Shown in pieces: positions 53,861-64,000 of a DNA stretch of 64,000 bases (positions are counted from its first letter, which is position 1; each line of letters starts with the position of its first letter). Position numbers and translations under genes: made by a program. Origin of the DNA: Octopus vulgaris. Taxonomy: Eukaryota. The DNA lies in assembly GCA_951406725.2 (NCBI GenBank), contig OX597823.1:103106001-103170000 (forward strand). The letters are read 5' to 3'. Under the pieces are notes generated by a model. It saw nothing but the letters and a program-made list of their open reading frames with translations, did no database searches and was not told where the DNA came from.

Positions 53861-54289
53861 TTGAATCACTGATAATCCTTTCTAATTCCGGTACAAAGTC
53901 AGCAGTTTTGGTGGGAGTAGAAGTCAATTACATGAACCCCAGTGCTCAACTGGTACTTACTTTATCAAACCTGGAAGGATGAAAAGCAAAGTCAACCTTG
54001 GCAGCATTAAACTCAGAATGTAAAGAGCCAGAAATAGATTTGAATTTTGGTACAAAGCCAGCAATTTTTAGGGTAAGGGTAGACGATTACATCAATGCCA
54101 CTACATGACCTTGGAACATAAAGAGCCAGAAGGGAAATGCTGCAAAGTGTTTTGTCTGACCTGCTAATGATTCTGCCAGATTGCTATCTTGAACTTGCTT
54201 TAAAATTATAATCCCAATTTAACCTTTGAAATATTGTAATACAAGGTTTTCCTTTCAGCTAACAGCAGCAGCAACAACAACAACCACCA

Positions 54290-55580
54290 CCTTTCTAGAC
54301 CTAGTCCTACATGCTCTATTTTGGCTACCTTCACTAGGAATATATTGGATCTCCTCTGAGGATCCACTTCTATGCAGAGCATCTTTATAGCATGGGATGG
54401 CATTGTGAAAAGCTACTTCATCCGAAGATAATGATGAAACCTGCTCCCCTATATTATTGACCATATTTTTAAGTATGACAGGTGGGTGATTAGACCCTTT
54501 GTCGATATAGCATAGCTTTTCATTGGGTTTATGAAAGGGCTTAGAGCTATTAGATCCTAAATCTAAATTGATGTCTAGAAAATTGACATTTTTTAGGTTT
54601 GTGTCTATCATAATTATCCAGCTTTTTCTTTGGAAGAATGCAATGAGATTCTTTCTGAGGCCATCAAGTTCATATTATGGGTGACTATAAGGCCATCATC
54701 CCTATATAACCCTATGTTTAACGAAGGAAATTCAGTTTTTTAAACTATATAAAATGTGAATGCTTATTAACATGCACAATTCTGCTCTGACATATGTCCA
54801 TTCTTTTTTACTCAGGTCAAAAAAAGTAGAGATTTCCTGGCATTTTACATGGTACATACTCTTTGGCAAAATCTAGTGCTCTGAGAAGTATAAGTCTGGA
54901 TATAGATGGGTAAAAGTCTACTATGTAAAACAGTGTAAATTTACAGGTGTTCTTATCTCTGATGCCTTTAAAACCAGTCTGTAATCAACCCATGATTATC
55001 CCAAAGATGTAAATTGAAGGCCCTACTTAATTTATCTAGAATTGAATCTATTTCTGTTTTTGTTGGGTTAATCAACCTACATTTAGGGTTTCTATTAAAA
55101 TTATTTTTATAGTCTTTAAGGGTGATAAAAGGGGAAGGGATTCTACTCTGTCACTAACATTAAGGTCGGAAGCGATTCTTCTTGCTTCAATGTTCACCTC
55201 TCTGTATAAATTATTTGTTTTTTGTACGTATCTGTGATGCTATTTAATAAGAGCCTGTTATGAAGATTTTTGTTGATTGCATATAAATTTTTTGCTTTGT
55301 CTGATTTCACAAAAATGTTGTCTGTTTTTAATATTATTAATTTTTCTTGCATAGTTTTTTTGTACTAGATCTGTGATTTTTCTAAATTTAATTCTCCTTG
55401 CCAGTTTAAACAGATCCCTTTCAAAAGGCTCTATTTCTTTGATAGCTGGTGGGTTTCTTCTGGACTTAAATCTGTATTTGTTTGTGTTTTCTTGTTTTTT
55501 TTTTATCAAAGAAATACACACAACATCTAATTTTGCAGATGAACTCCTCTGTTTTTTCTGTGAGGCTTTTTAAATATTGC
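54290..55580 (-). mobile_element. older degraded copy of a related Penelope-like (Naiad-type) element
   Basis: NFLDINLDL..KPNEKLCYIDKGSNHPPVILKNM..SSLSSDEVAF and FKSRRNPPAIKEIEPFERDL fragments; many stops and indels. Confidence 0.8.
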
Positions 55581-56112
55581 TTATTCACATGCACACACAC
55601 ACACACACATATAAAACAAGTAACAAGGATTTCTGATATCCACATGAGGTTAAAAATTAGCAGAGGAGGGTAACCTAACACACAATTGACATTCTGTTAC
55701 TGATGAAGATAGAGTTGAATGCATTTAATCTGTGATGCTATGATTTCTGGCAAGTCACTATTTATAAGTAGTAAATAATTAATTTGCTTAGCATTAGACA
55801 CTGAAAAACCCGTTAGTAACAGTGGTGAGTGAAATGCTATCAATAACATTACAGGAAAAAGAAAAAGGAAAAAAGAAAGAAAAAAAGAATTTAAAATCAC
55901 CATGGTTTATATAGATATTTGTATGTTACAGAAGAGTGGTGAGTCCCTGTAGAACAATGACGAGTCTCTGTAGAAGGCCTTATAAAACAAAGGCCAGTTC
56001 TTGGAGAGATAACTCTAAAATATATTGGATTCTTTGGTGAGTTCTTACTCACGCACATACATACATACATATATATATACTTTATTTAAAGCAGCAGAAA
56101 ATTCAACAAAAC

Positions 56113-56150
56113 CTGTTACTCTGAGTTTCCCGTTGCTGTTCATCGGACAG
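56113..56150 (-). ncRNA. hammerhead-like motif at the 3' end (pseudo-LTR) of the Penelope-like element
   Basis: CUGU-CCGAUGA-ACAGCAACGG-GAAAC-UCAGA-GUA^ACAG; stem I CUGU/ACAG, stem III ACUC-A-GAGU; C instead of U at core position 4; weak stem II. Confidence 0.6.
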
Positions 56151-56298
56151 TTTTTGCTAGAATGGAACCAATATGTCAATTCTATCCAGACTATTACAAA
56201 CGCTACACCTTCAAAAAATGGACTTGTTTGATTGGCCCTTTAGAAATAACGGTCAATTTTCGGGCGATAAACAAAAATGAGCTCAAAAAAATATATAT

Positions 56299-56945
56299 GT
56301 TAGTTAGTTAGTTAATTTGGCTCAAAAGCAAATAGCAAGGCCATGTAGGGGGACATCGAGTTAAGTACAGGGTGGTGTTCATGTAAAGAGTTCAGGCCAC
56401 TTGAGGTCAAGGGAGGCTTTGAACAAAGCGGTCATTGGCATCTTCATCATCTCGTCTGGCAGCTTGTTCCACGGATCCGCAACCCGGACGGAGAAAGCTC
56501 CTCTCCTTCGATTGAAATGAAATTGTCGCAGGTAGAGCTTTTTGGAATGACCCCGCAGCCGACGCTCTGGAGCAGGAGTGAAGAACAGCTCTTTCGAGAG
56601 GTTACACTTTCCGCTTATGATGTTGTGGGCGAGAATGAGATCACCACGGCAGCGGCGTTTTTCTAGAGAATAAAGGTCGAGCGTCCTCAGCCTTTCTTCA
56701 TAGGACAAATTTTTGAGACCATGAACCATGCGGGTAGCCAGCTTCTGGACTCTTTTGAGATGCTGTATGTCTTTGAGGAGATAAGGAGAAGAGGCTTGAA
56801 TCCCGTACTCCAATATGGGTCTCACCAGCATGACATAGAGTGGTAGGAATATGGCTGCTGTGAGCATTCCGAATGACCGTCGAATCAAGAACAGAATTCC
56901 GCGTGCTTTGTTGGCAGCATGGACGCACTGGGCCGAAGGCAAAGT
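56299..56945 (-). mobile_element. CR1-clade LINE 3' fragment nested in the 3' non-coding region of the Penelope-like element
   Basis: LVRPILEYG, RVQKLATRMV..LSYEERLRTLDLYSLEKRR.RGDL, FSVRVADPWNKLP; short (TAAC)n tail at about 56299-56314. Confidence 0.88.
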
Positions 56946-59402
56946 TTAAGACATGAGTAAGGGAGGGGGGACGTAAAGTTGCATGACTCTATACAAGTAT
57001 CGTATAGGTAGAGAAAAAAACGAAAGAAAGAGAGAGAAAAAAGAAAAAAAGGGGGAAGGAAAAAAAGAAGAAAAAAGGAGAGGTGGGGAAAAAAACGAAA
57101 TAAGAAAAATTACATATACAAGCTGTGTAACCACGTATATTGACATATATATAGAGACAAGTACACAAACACACGAGTTCAAGTGGATACATACACATAT
57201 GATTATGTATGTGTGTGCTTAAGTACAAACATACGCTCACTTACACATACACAGAGATGTATGCTTACAAATACATATTCGTGGCTATACACATATTTAC
57301 ATCAAAATTCTAATTTTTGACAACATTGCTTTTAAAAAAATGAAAATTATACGAAAGACATGTAAAATATAACACCCTATTTCGGATCATCTATAAATTA
57401 AAAATCAAAGTAAGCCTATACAATATAATAACATGAAATAAACTAAGCCGAAGGTTTTTCCTAAGGAATATGTAGAAATATAAACAAAATAAATAAAATA
57501 TATGCATGAGACTTTGCTATACGGAATGAAATCTGCATAGCGCGAAACAAATCCATCGTTGTGTTTACATACTAGTCCAAGAATCAAAATCAAAGTTTCA
57601 AAACTCAAAAATACAAAATATATACTCAATCCATATGGTATATTTATGTTTGACATTTTAAATTTGGTTGCGTGCCTGCATAAGTTCATCAGCTCACTTC
57701 TTTGATTCAAAGAATTATTGTCTTTGAATAAAATATAAAGTTTCTCTAACAAGCAAAGATTGCATCTAAAATTATTCTTGTGTGCTCCATGCCTGTATGG
57801 TGCCGCTCTGTCCAGAATGCTTCATGTCACGTTGAAAGGTGGGGTTTCCTTTTCTTTTAGTTCTCAGACATATTTTGCTAGGCTGGTCCTCTTCCTATTA
57901 TCTGGGTATTTAAATGAATTTTTATGCGAATAAAATTGCGTTTTAAACGAATTTTCCGAAGCCCCTGTATATGTCTTGTATTCCGATGAGCCTTCTATTT
58001 GTACCTTGGCTCTATAAACTACCCCTTTTACTAGACATTTCCCTTCTAACGGACAGGAGGATTCATTTATGCAATTGCATTTCTTAATGGGCTCGGCACC
58101 ATGTTTAATCTCAATCAGATTCCTATTATGCTGGCTAATGTAAGAGGCAAAATTTCTCCAACAAGAATAGCTAACCTTCAGGGTTCTTCTATTAAATATC
58201 CTATAGAATTTATGGTCCTGCTTAAAATGCCTAGAGACTAATTTCAAAAATTCCTTACCTATATTAGTCTTTACGGCCAAATTGAAAGCCGGGTTGAACC
58301 ACAAAACTTTCCTGGTCCTAGTTCTTCGCGCAGCATTATTATCAGCATTAAGCTGGTTGTATTGGATCTTCTCAGAGAATCCACTATTCCTTAATGCGCT
58401 ATCGTAATAAGGTGCAGCATTATGGAATGCTGCCTCGTCCGAAGAAATTGAAGATATTCTTCTACCTACATTGCTGACTAAGTTCCTAAGGATAACTGGT
58501 GGATGGTTTGAATCTTTGATAATAAACGATAGTTTTTCATTGGGCTTACGGTAAGGTTTAAATCTATCCGACCTTACATTAAAATTTACGTCTAAAAAAA
58601 TCTACACTATTCAGGTTAGTATCTATTGTAACCCGTAAGCCCATCCTTTGAAAGAAAGCTATAAGGTCCTTCCTACGTCTATCTGATTCATGGCCGTTTA
58701 AATTATGGGTGGCTATAAGGCCATAATCCCTATATAAACCTGCATCTATAAATGGGAATTCTATTTTTAGATTATGAAGAATAAAGGCTCCTATGAGCAT
58801 ACATAACTCAGCCCCGTCATATGCCCCATCGGTACATCGAAAAGAGAATCCTCACTCTTCTTAATCCAGGTGGAATCCTCAAAAAAAAGAAGTGATTTCC
58901 TCGCATGCATGATAATATCAATTTCCGAGCTATCGATGCCGACATACTGCTTGGCGAAGTCCAATGCCCTTAGGAGTAACGTCCTAGATATTGACGGGTA
59001 AAAGTCAATAATATCGAATTGTGTAAAACTGCAATTATTCTTATAGCTAATACCTTTAAACCACTCTATGGCAGACTTACTATTCTTCCAAATTCTCAAG
59101 TCTACTTCACTATCTAACTTAGTTAAAATACGGTCCAAAATATTTTTGCTAATAATGCCTATCACAGTTTTAGCCGGATTTATCAATCTACAATTGGGGT
59201 TTCTATTAAAATTGGCTTTATGGTCTTTTAGTGTAATAAAAGCTGGCCGTGGGGAAAGATATTCAATCCTATCACTAATCTTAAGATTGTTAGCTATTCC
59301 TCTTGCTTCCAAATTCACCTCTTTGTATATATTTGTGTTATCTTTTTTGTATGTATCTGTGACACTATTCGAAATCAGGCGCTTATATATATATATGGGT
59401 TA

Positions 59403-59436
<34 letters not shown>

Positions 59437-59469
59437 TGAGAGAGAGATGGGCTTTGTATTATTCCTGCT

Positions 59470-59695
59470 TAGCCCTTTAGCATTTGGATTACTCTGTCAA
59501 ATATGAGTGCTTGTTTATTCCCATTGTTTTGAATTAATCCTTCATTATTGCATAACTGACATTTCCATGATGTGATTGTTTATTTTAGAATAACATTGTA
59601 GGATAGGTGTGAGAGGCCATATCTAGTCAGTTTGAACATAAAACAGGAAGAATATTTAGGCCCAATGTGGATGGTTTAAGTGCCAAAGGGGTTTT
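59470..59695. mobile_element. second piggyBac-like MITE family, degraded
   Basis: CCCTTTAGCA ... TGCCAAAGGG ends; a related copy at about 1883-2472 is split by a SINE. Confidence 0.6.
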
Positions 59696-59769
59696 ACATT
59701 ACATGAAAGCCAAAAATGTTCAGAGATTATCTTCTAAGACATTAAAACATTCTCATTTTTCATTTCATT

Positions 59770-60116
59770 TCAGTTGGCATTTTTCACTGATACATATGGA
59801 TTATATTTTATGAAAAATCGAAGTGGTTTATTAACCCATATTTCATCCCCAGTTATATTAATTCTTTTGGAAATGTCAATCTCAGAATCTTCCACAGTAT
59901 CTCCACTTGATAACCATAAACGGTTGCTGGTTATCAAATCTTCTTTGTTGAATGTTTCCTTAGTGACATCAAGAGCCTGACAAAGTTTAGAAGGCCCACT
60001 ACATAAGTTCTTCTCTTTTATTGGTTTCAAAGGGTTCTTTTTTGAACGCAAACTTTGCATTTTCTCAAGCCCTGATATGGGTTGAAGTGCTCGTATCAAA
60101 ACAGCACAGCCATCTC
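59770..60116 (-). CDS. MPG: MPG terminal coding exon
   Basis: (G)DGCAVLIRALQPISGLEKM...NPYVSVKNAN*, 347 nt. Confidence 0.93.
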
Positions 60117-63100
60117 CTGCAGAAAACGAATTTTAATTTCAATTAAAAAAAATATTTCTATTGAGGTTTTTATCTTATAAATATGTCTGGTAAAATAGTC
60201 AACAATAAAAAATTAACTATTTTGAAATCAACGACATACAGAAAACATATATTAAGACCAAAATTTACAACTAAAAATGGTAGGTCAACTTACACAGTAA
60301 AATGACTTTGGAGGACTAAAAATTCCATATGAAATGGAATCCCTAAGTAGGGAGAAGGAGAGAGAGAGAACCATCAGTGTTCCCCACTGCCACTCATTTT
60401 GTTAAGTAACAATTAATTGAGTTGAGGTAGTTAACAAAAGAACAAAAAAACAATAACAAAGAATTATCACAAATCCAATTAACATTTACAAGCAGTTTAG
60501 TTACAAACTACCATTATCAAGCTTTGCTGCCTATTTCATTAATAGTTTATAAATGTAATGACATATAAGAGAATTATTTTTAAACTGCCTCAGGTCAATT
60601 CTTAATCAACAAAATAAACTGTTGTTTAATTGACATTTAATGTTTATTAAGATTCAATTACATATTAACATGATTTTTTGAAAGTTTCTTTTGTAAGAGT
60701 TTAATTTTCTTTTTCTCTGGTTTATGACTTTATACCCAAGTCACAAGCAAGAGTGCTACACACAGTGTGGTGAATCTTCATGTGGAGCTGAAATAACTTT
60801 TAGTTTTAAAAGTCAATCATAAAATAAGTCACAATACTTAGTGACAGAACAAACTGGCTATAGAGGCGATTCATTGGGTGAGATATTTCTATAATATATA
60901 CAAGTGTTATATACTTCAGTAATATATGATATGCCTATAATTTATCATAATTTATCATAGGCGTAGGAGTGGCTGTGTGGTAAGTAGCTTGCTTATGAAT
61001 CACATGGTTCCGGGTTCAGTCCCACTGTGTGGCACGTTGGGCACGTGTCTTCTACTATAGTCTCGGGCAGACCAAAGCCTTGTGAGTGGATTTGGTAGAC
61101 GGAAACTGAAAGAAGCCCGTCGTATATATGTATCATCATCATCATTTAGCGTCCGTTTTCCATGCTAGCATGGGTTGGATGGTTCAACTGGGGTCTGTGA
61201 AGCCGGAAGGCTTCATCAGGCCCAGTCAGATCTGGCAGTGTTTCTACGGCTGGATGCCCTTCCTAACGCCAACCACTCCGTGAGTGTAGTGGGTGCTTTT
61301 TACGTGCCACCTGCACAGGTGCCAGACAGAGCTGGCAAACGGCCACGAACGGATGGTGCTTTTACGTGCCACTGGTACGGAGGCCAGGCGAGGCAGGCAA
61401 CGGACACAAATGGATGGTGCTTTTACGTGCCACCGGCACGGGGGCCAGGCGAGTGCGTGTTTGTGTGTGTTTGTTTGTGTTTGTCCCCCCAACATCGCTT
61501 GACAACCAATGCTGGTGTGTTTACGTCCCTGTAACTTAGCGGTTCAGCAAAAGACACCGATAGAATAAGTACTAGGCTTACAAAGAATAAGTCCTGGGGT
61601 CAATTTGGTCGACTAAAAGGTGGTGCTCCAGTATGGCCACAGTCAAATGACTGAAACAAATAAAAGAGTAAAGAGTATAATATATTATGATAATATTCTA
61701 GCTTCGTTCAGTATAACTGTATACTGAATGGTTTAGCATAATGCTAATGAGAATAGTATTAAATTAGTATATGTTAACATCATCATCATCATCTGTTTTC
61801 CATGCTAGCATGGGTTGGACAGTTCGACCGGGGTCTGGTAAGCCATGGAGGCTGCACCGGGCTGCAGTCTGGCTTGGCAACCACTCCATGAATGTAGTGG
61901 GTGTTTTTTACGTGCCACCGGCACAGGGGCCAGAGGAGGCTGGCAAACGGCCACTATAGCACTATTCAGTATAACTATATACTGAATGTTTTGTTATAAT
62001 GCTAATGAGAATAGTCTTAAACAGGATTAAAATACCTTAAAATACCTTAACTAGTATACTGTCTGATAGAAATAGTAAGGTCTAAATATGTAAAAGAAAA
62101 TAATATCAAGTTGTTGAGATTTATTTTTATTGTAGTAGCAAACAGGTTTAATTCTTGAAAAATTTGAATACAGTCATATTCTCTGAGTAAGGAAAATTCC
62201 AATTTTTGAAGTTCATATGGGATTAGTCTACCTACAGCTTTTTCAGACCCTGTGAGACCTATTCCTCTTGAACTCTACATGCTGATGGCTGTAGATAAAA
62301 CATGAACAATGATGAAGTTCCTGAAGTTACGGAGAGGAAATGGTTAGTGTATAGCTTGGAATGCATGGGGGGGGGGAGTGGGTGTCTTGCTTTCTTTCAT
62401 CTGACACAACATGGATGTAGAGAAAGAAACAAGAAAGTCAGGTGGTCCTGACACAAAGCAATGAAGTTGGAACAATGGTACAGGTTTAATTTTCATTTGC
62501 AATGAAGGAAGAATACAACAATGGTTTCAGTTTACAAATAATTGTGAGATTATCATAGTTTTTACTTGTCCTTTTATTTCTGTATTCCATAGGAAAGTAA
62601 AATATTTGTACTAAATTGATGGTGATACAACAACATCATCATCATTGTTTAACGTCCGTTTTCCATGCTGGCATGGGTTGGACGGTTCGACCGGGGTCTG
62701 GGAAGCCAGGAGGCTGCACCAGGCTCCAGTCTGATCTTGCAGTGTTTCTACAGTTGGATGCCCTTCCTAACGCCAACCACTCCGTGAATGTAGTGGGTGC
62801 TTTTGCCACTGGCACGTGCCAGGGGAGGCTGGCAGTGGCCACGATTGGAACACATCTATATAATTAGTCATTGGGTAAATATTGCAGTGTAGGCAGATAA
62901 TCTCTGGGAAATTCAAGCCCAAAACTTGATTTCAAGTCTTAGTTATTTCACATAGCTAAAGAATTTGTTAAAGGGATAAGCATAACGCAATAGAATTTTC
63001 AATCTCTCCCACATCTATAAACTTAATATCTACATGGAGAGAAGTTAGTTAAATTCTATCCAGTAAGTCAGGCATTTTCTTTCTCTCTTCTTCACAATCC

Positions 63101-63983
63101 GAATGCACTTCAGTTTAGAATGTCTGTAAACTAAATCTATATGAAATAAAAATTTACTTTGCATTCACAAACCCTTGGCATATTTTACTCCCCACTCCTT
63201 CATTTCAACTCTCAGACACACAATCAAGAGAAACATTTGTAATTCATAGATGTCTTTAATCAGTTAACTATTCAGGACCCCTAGTGAAACCACTGAGCAC
63301 CCCTGTCACACTGCCAAATTCTGTTCTAAATATAAAAAGGTTTGTCTATATTTCATCTCATGGTATGTTCGAAACCCTTACGTGATCACTTGGCCACCAA
63401 GAAATAGCAGCTAAATCACATCCTACCATTTTAGAAAAGCAAAGACGCTGTAGCTAGTGTAGTTATAGAGTCCTAGATATACTATGCCTGAAACTGAAAT
63501 AGGATTTTCTTGCCTGGAATTCCTTTGATCAGTAATATGTTAAATGAGAGCTAACCTGGAAATAAACAACATCAATAGGAAGGAAATCTTACCAGAACTT
63601 GAGATATTCATACAACTGTACATACCATATATGGTATACACATAAAGAGTTCCTGGAGGCATGAACATAGCTTCAGTCCGTTTTGTTCTTCTATTGTTGT
63701 AAGAATGGGAACATGCATCTTCAATGCCACAGTATGCTTCTGTTTCCACTATTTTACCACAAACCTGAGAGCCATCATCGAATGCTCGTACAATATACTT
63801 GCCAAGAAGAGCTCTGCTAAGTTCTACACATTCTTTTTGGTAGAAAGTGCCTATAAGCCTAAGGCATGGATCAAACAGTTTTTCAATGCTTGAAGAACTT
63901 TCCTCCTTGTTTTGTTTGGCAAAATATTTACAAGTGGTTATTTCAGAATCTTTATGCTCAGCTTGTCTCTTTTTTGATGCCAT
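59770..63983 (-). CDS. MPG: DNA-3-methyladenine glycosylase (MPG/AAG), 2 coding exons (63983-63593 and 60116-59770), 245 aa
   Basis: Motifs LSRALLGK, GKIVETEAY, CSHSY, RTEAMFMPPGTLYVYTIYGMYSCMNISS, GDGCAVLIRALQP, LCSGPSKLCQAL, PLRFF. Donor G|GTAAG at 63593 and acceptor TTTTCTGCAG at 60116 join in phase 1. An extra upstream exon beyond the window edge cannot be excluded. Confidence 0.95.
60960..61676 (+). mobile_element. tRNA-derived SINE (family A) with an internal TA/TG microsatellite, split by an antisense RTE fragment
   Basis: A box TGGCTGTGTGG, B box GGTTCAGTCCC, tail GACTGAAACAA..AAAGA. Other copies at about 385-768(-), 1975-2335(-), 3350-4115(-), 27429-29545(+), 35095-35810(-), 37903-38300(+), 46171-46530(+), 50590-50760(-). 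Confidence 0.85.
63593..63983 (-). CDS. MPG: MPG first visible coding exon
   Basis: MASKKRQ...IVETEAY...YGMYSCMNISSS, 391 nt, GTAAG donor. Confidence 0.93.
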
Positions 63984-64000
63984 ATTTCTTTGCTTTCACT

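Larger units (their letters stand above)
56081..59385 (-). mobile_element. Penelope-like retroelement, Naiad-type (RT + C-terminal GIY-YIG endonuclease), 5'-truncated, flanked by (TA)n
   Basis: FITLKDHK, RLINPAK, QFDIIDFYPSI, FDVPMG, GLYRD(Y)GL, SNHPP, WFNP; CxCx5Cx5C linker (CNCINESSCPLEGKC); VVY..Y(T)G; CNLCLLEK; LNQRSEL..CRH. Two frameshifts and two in-frame TGAs. The 3' end has a hammerhead-like motif followed by AATAAA and (TA)n. A CR1 fragment interrupts it. Confidence 0.88.
1530..62850. repeat. dispersed 150-450 bp RTE 3'-UTR fragments, about 15 additional copies
   Basis: Shared core CACTACACTC..GAGTGGTTGGCGTTAGGAAGGGCATCCAGC..CCATGCTAGCATGG..GGACGTTAAAC(GAT)n. + copies at about 1530, 7470, 19835, 21620, 30780, 35260, 36484, 38325, 39760; - copies at about 3558, 24163, 26955, 61133, 61778, 62635. 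Confidence 0.85.

Noticed and set aside
500-62900. Many 60-190 aa ORFs containing [12 protein letters not shown] or [12 protein letters not shown]
   Set aside because: They are translations of microsatellites and SINE/RTE UTR copies, not genes

Overview
This is AT-rich, microsatellite-rich animal genomic DNA. The SINE/LINE content suggests a coleoid cephalopod such as Octopus, which is an inference. It holds two spliced genes arranged tail-to-tail. NPRL3 (GATOR1 subunit, + strand) has 14 coding exons at 16047-45621 that join in phase to give 586 aa. MPG (DNA-3-methyladenine glycosylase, - strand) has 2 coding exons at 63983-59770 and gives 245 aa. This is the same gene pair and orientation that flanks the vertebrate alpha-globin locus. 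The rest is mostly transposable elements: a full-length but disabled Gypsy LTR element (8955-14208), two Naiad-type Penelope-like elements, CR1 and RTE LINE fragments, a mariner remnant, piggyBac-type and other MITEs, and many SINEs. The most unusual non-coding signal is a set of minimal hammerhead ribozyme motifs. Two long intronic palindromes (27641-28075, 40164-40376) carry an outward-facing hammerhead in each arm, and another hammerhead lies at the 3' end of the Penelope-like element. Repeat boundaries were read by eye and are approximate unless a TSD or TIR is given.
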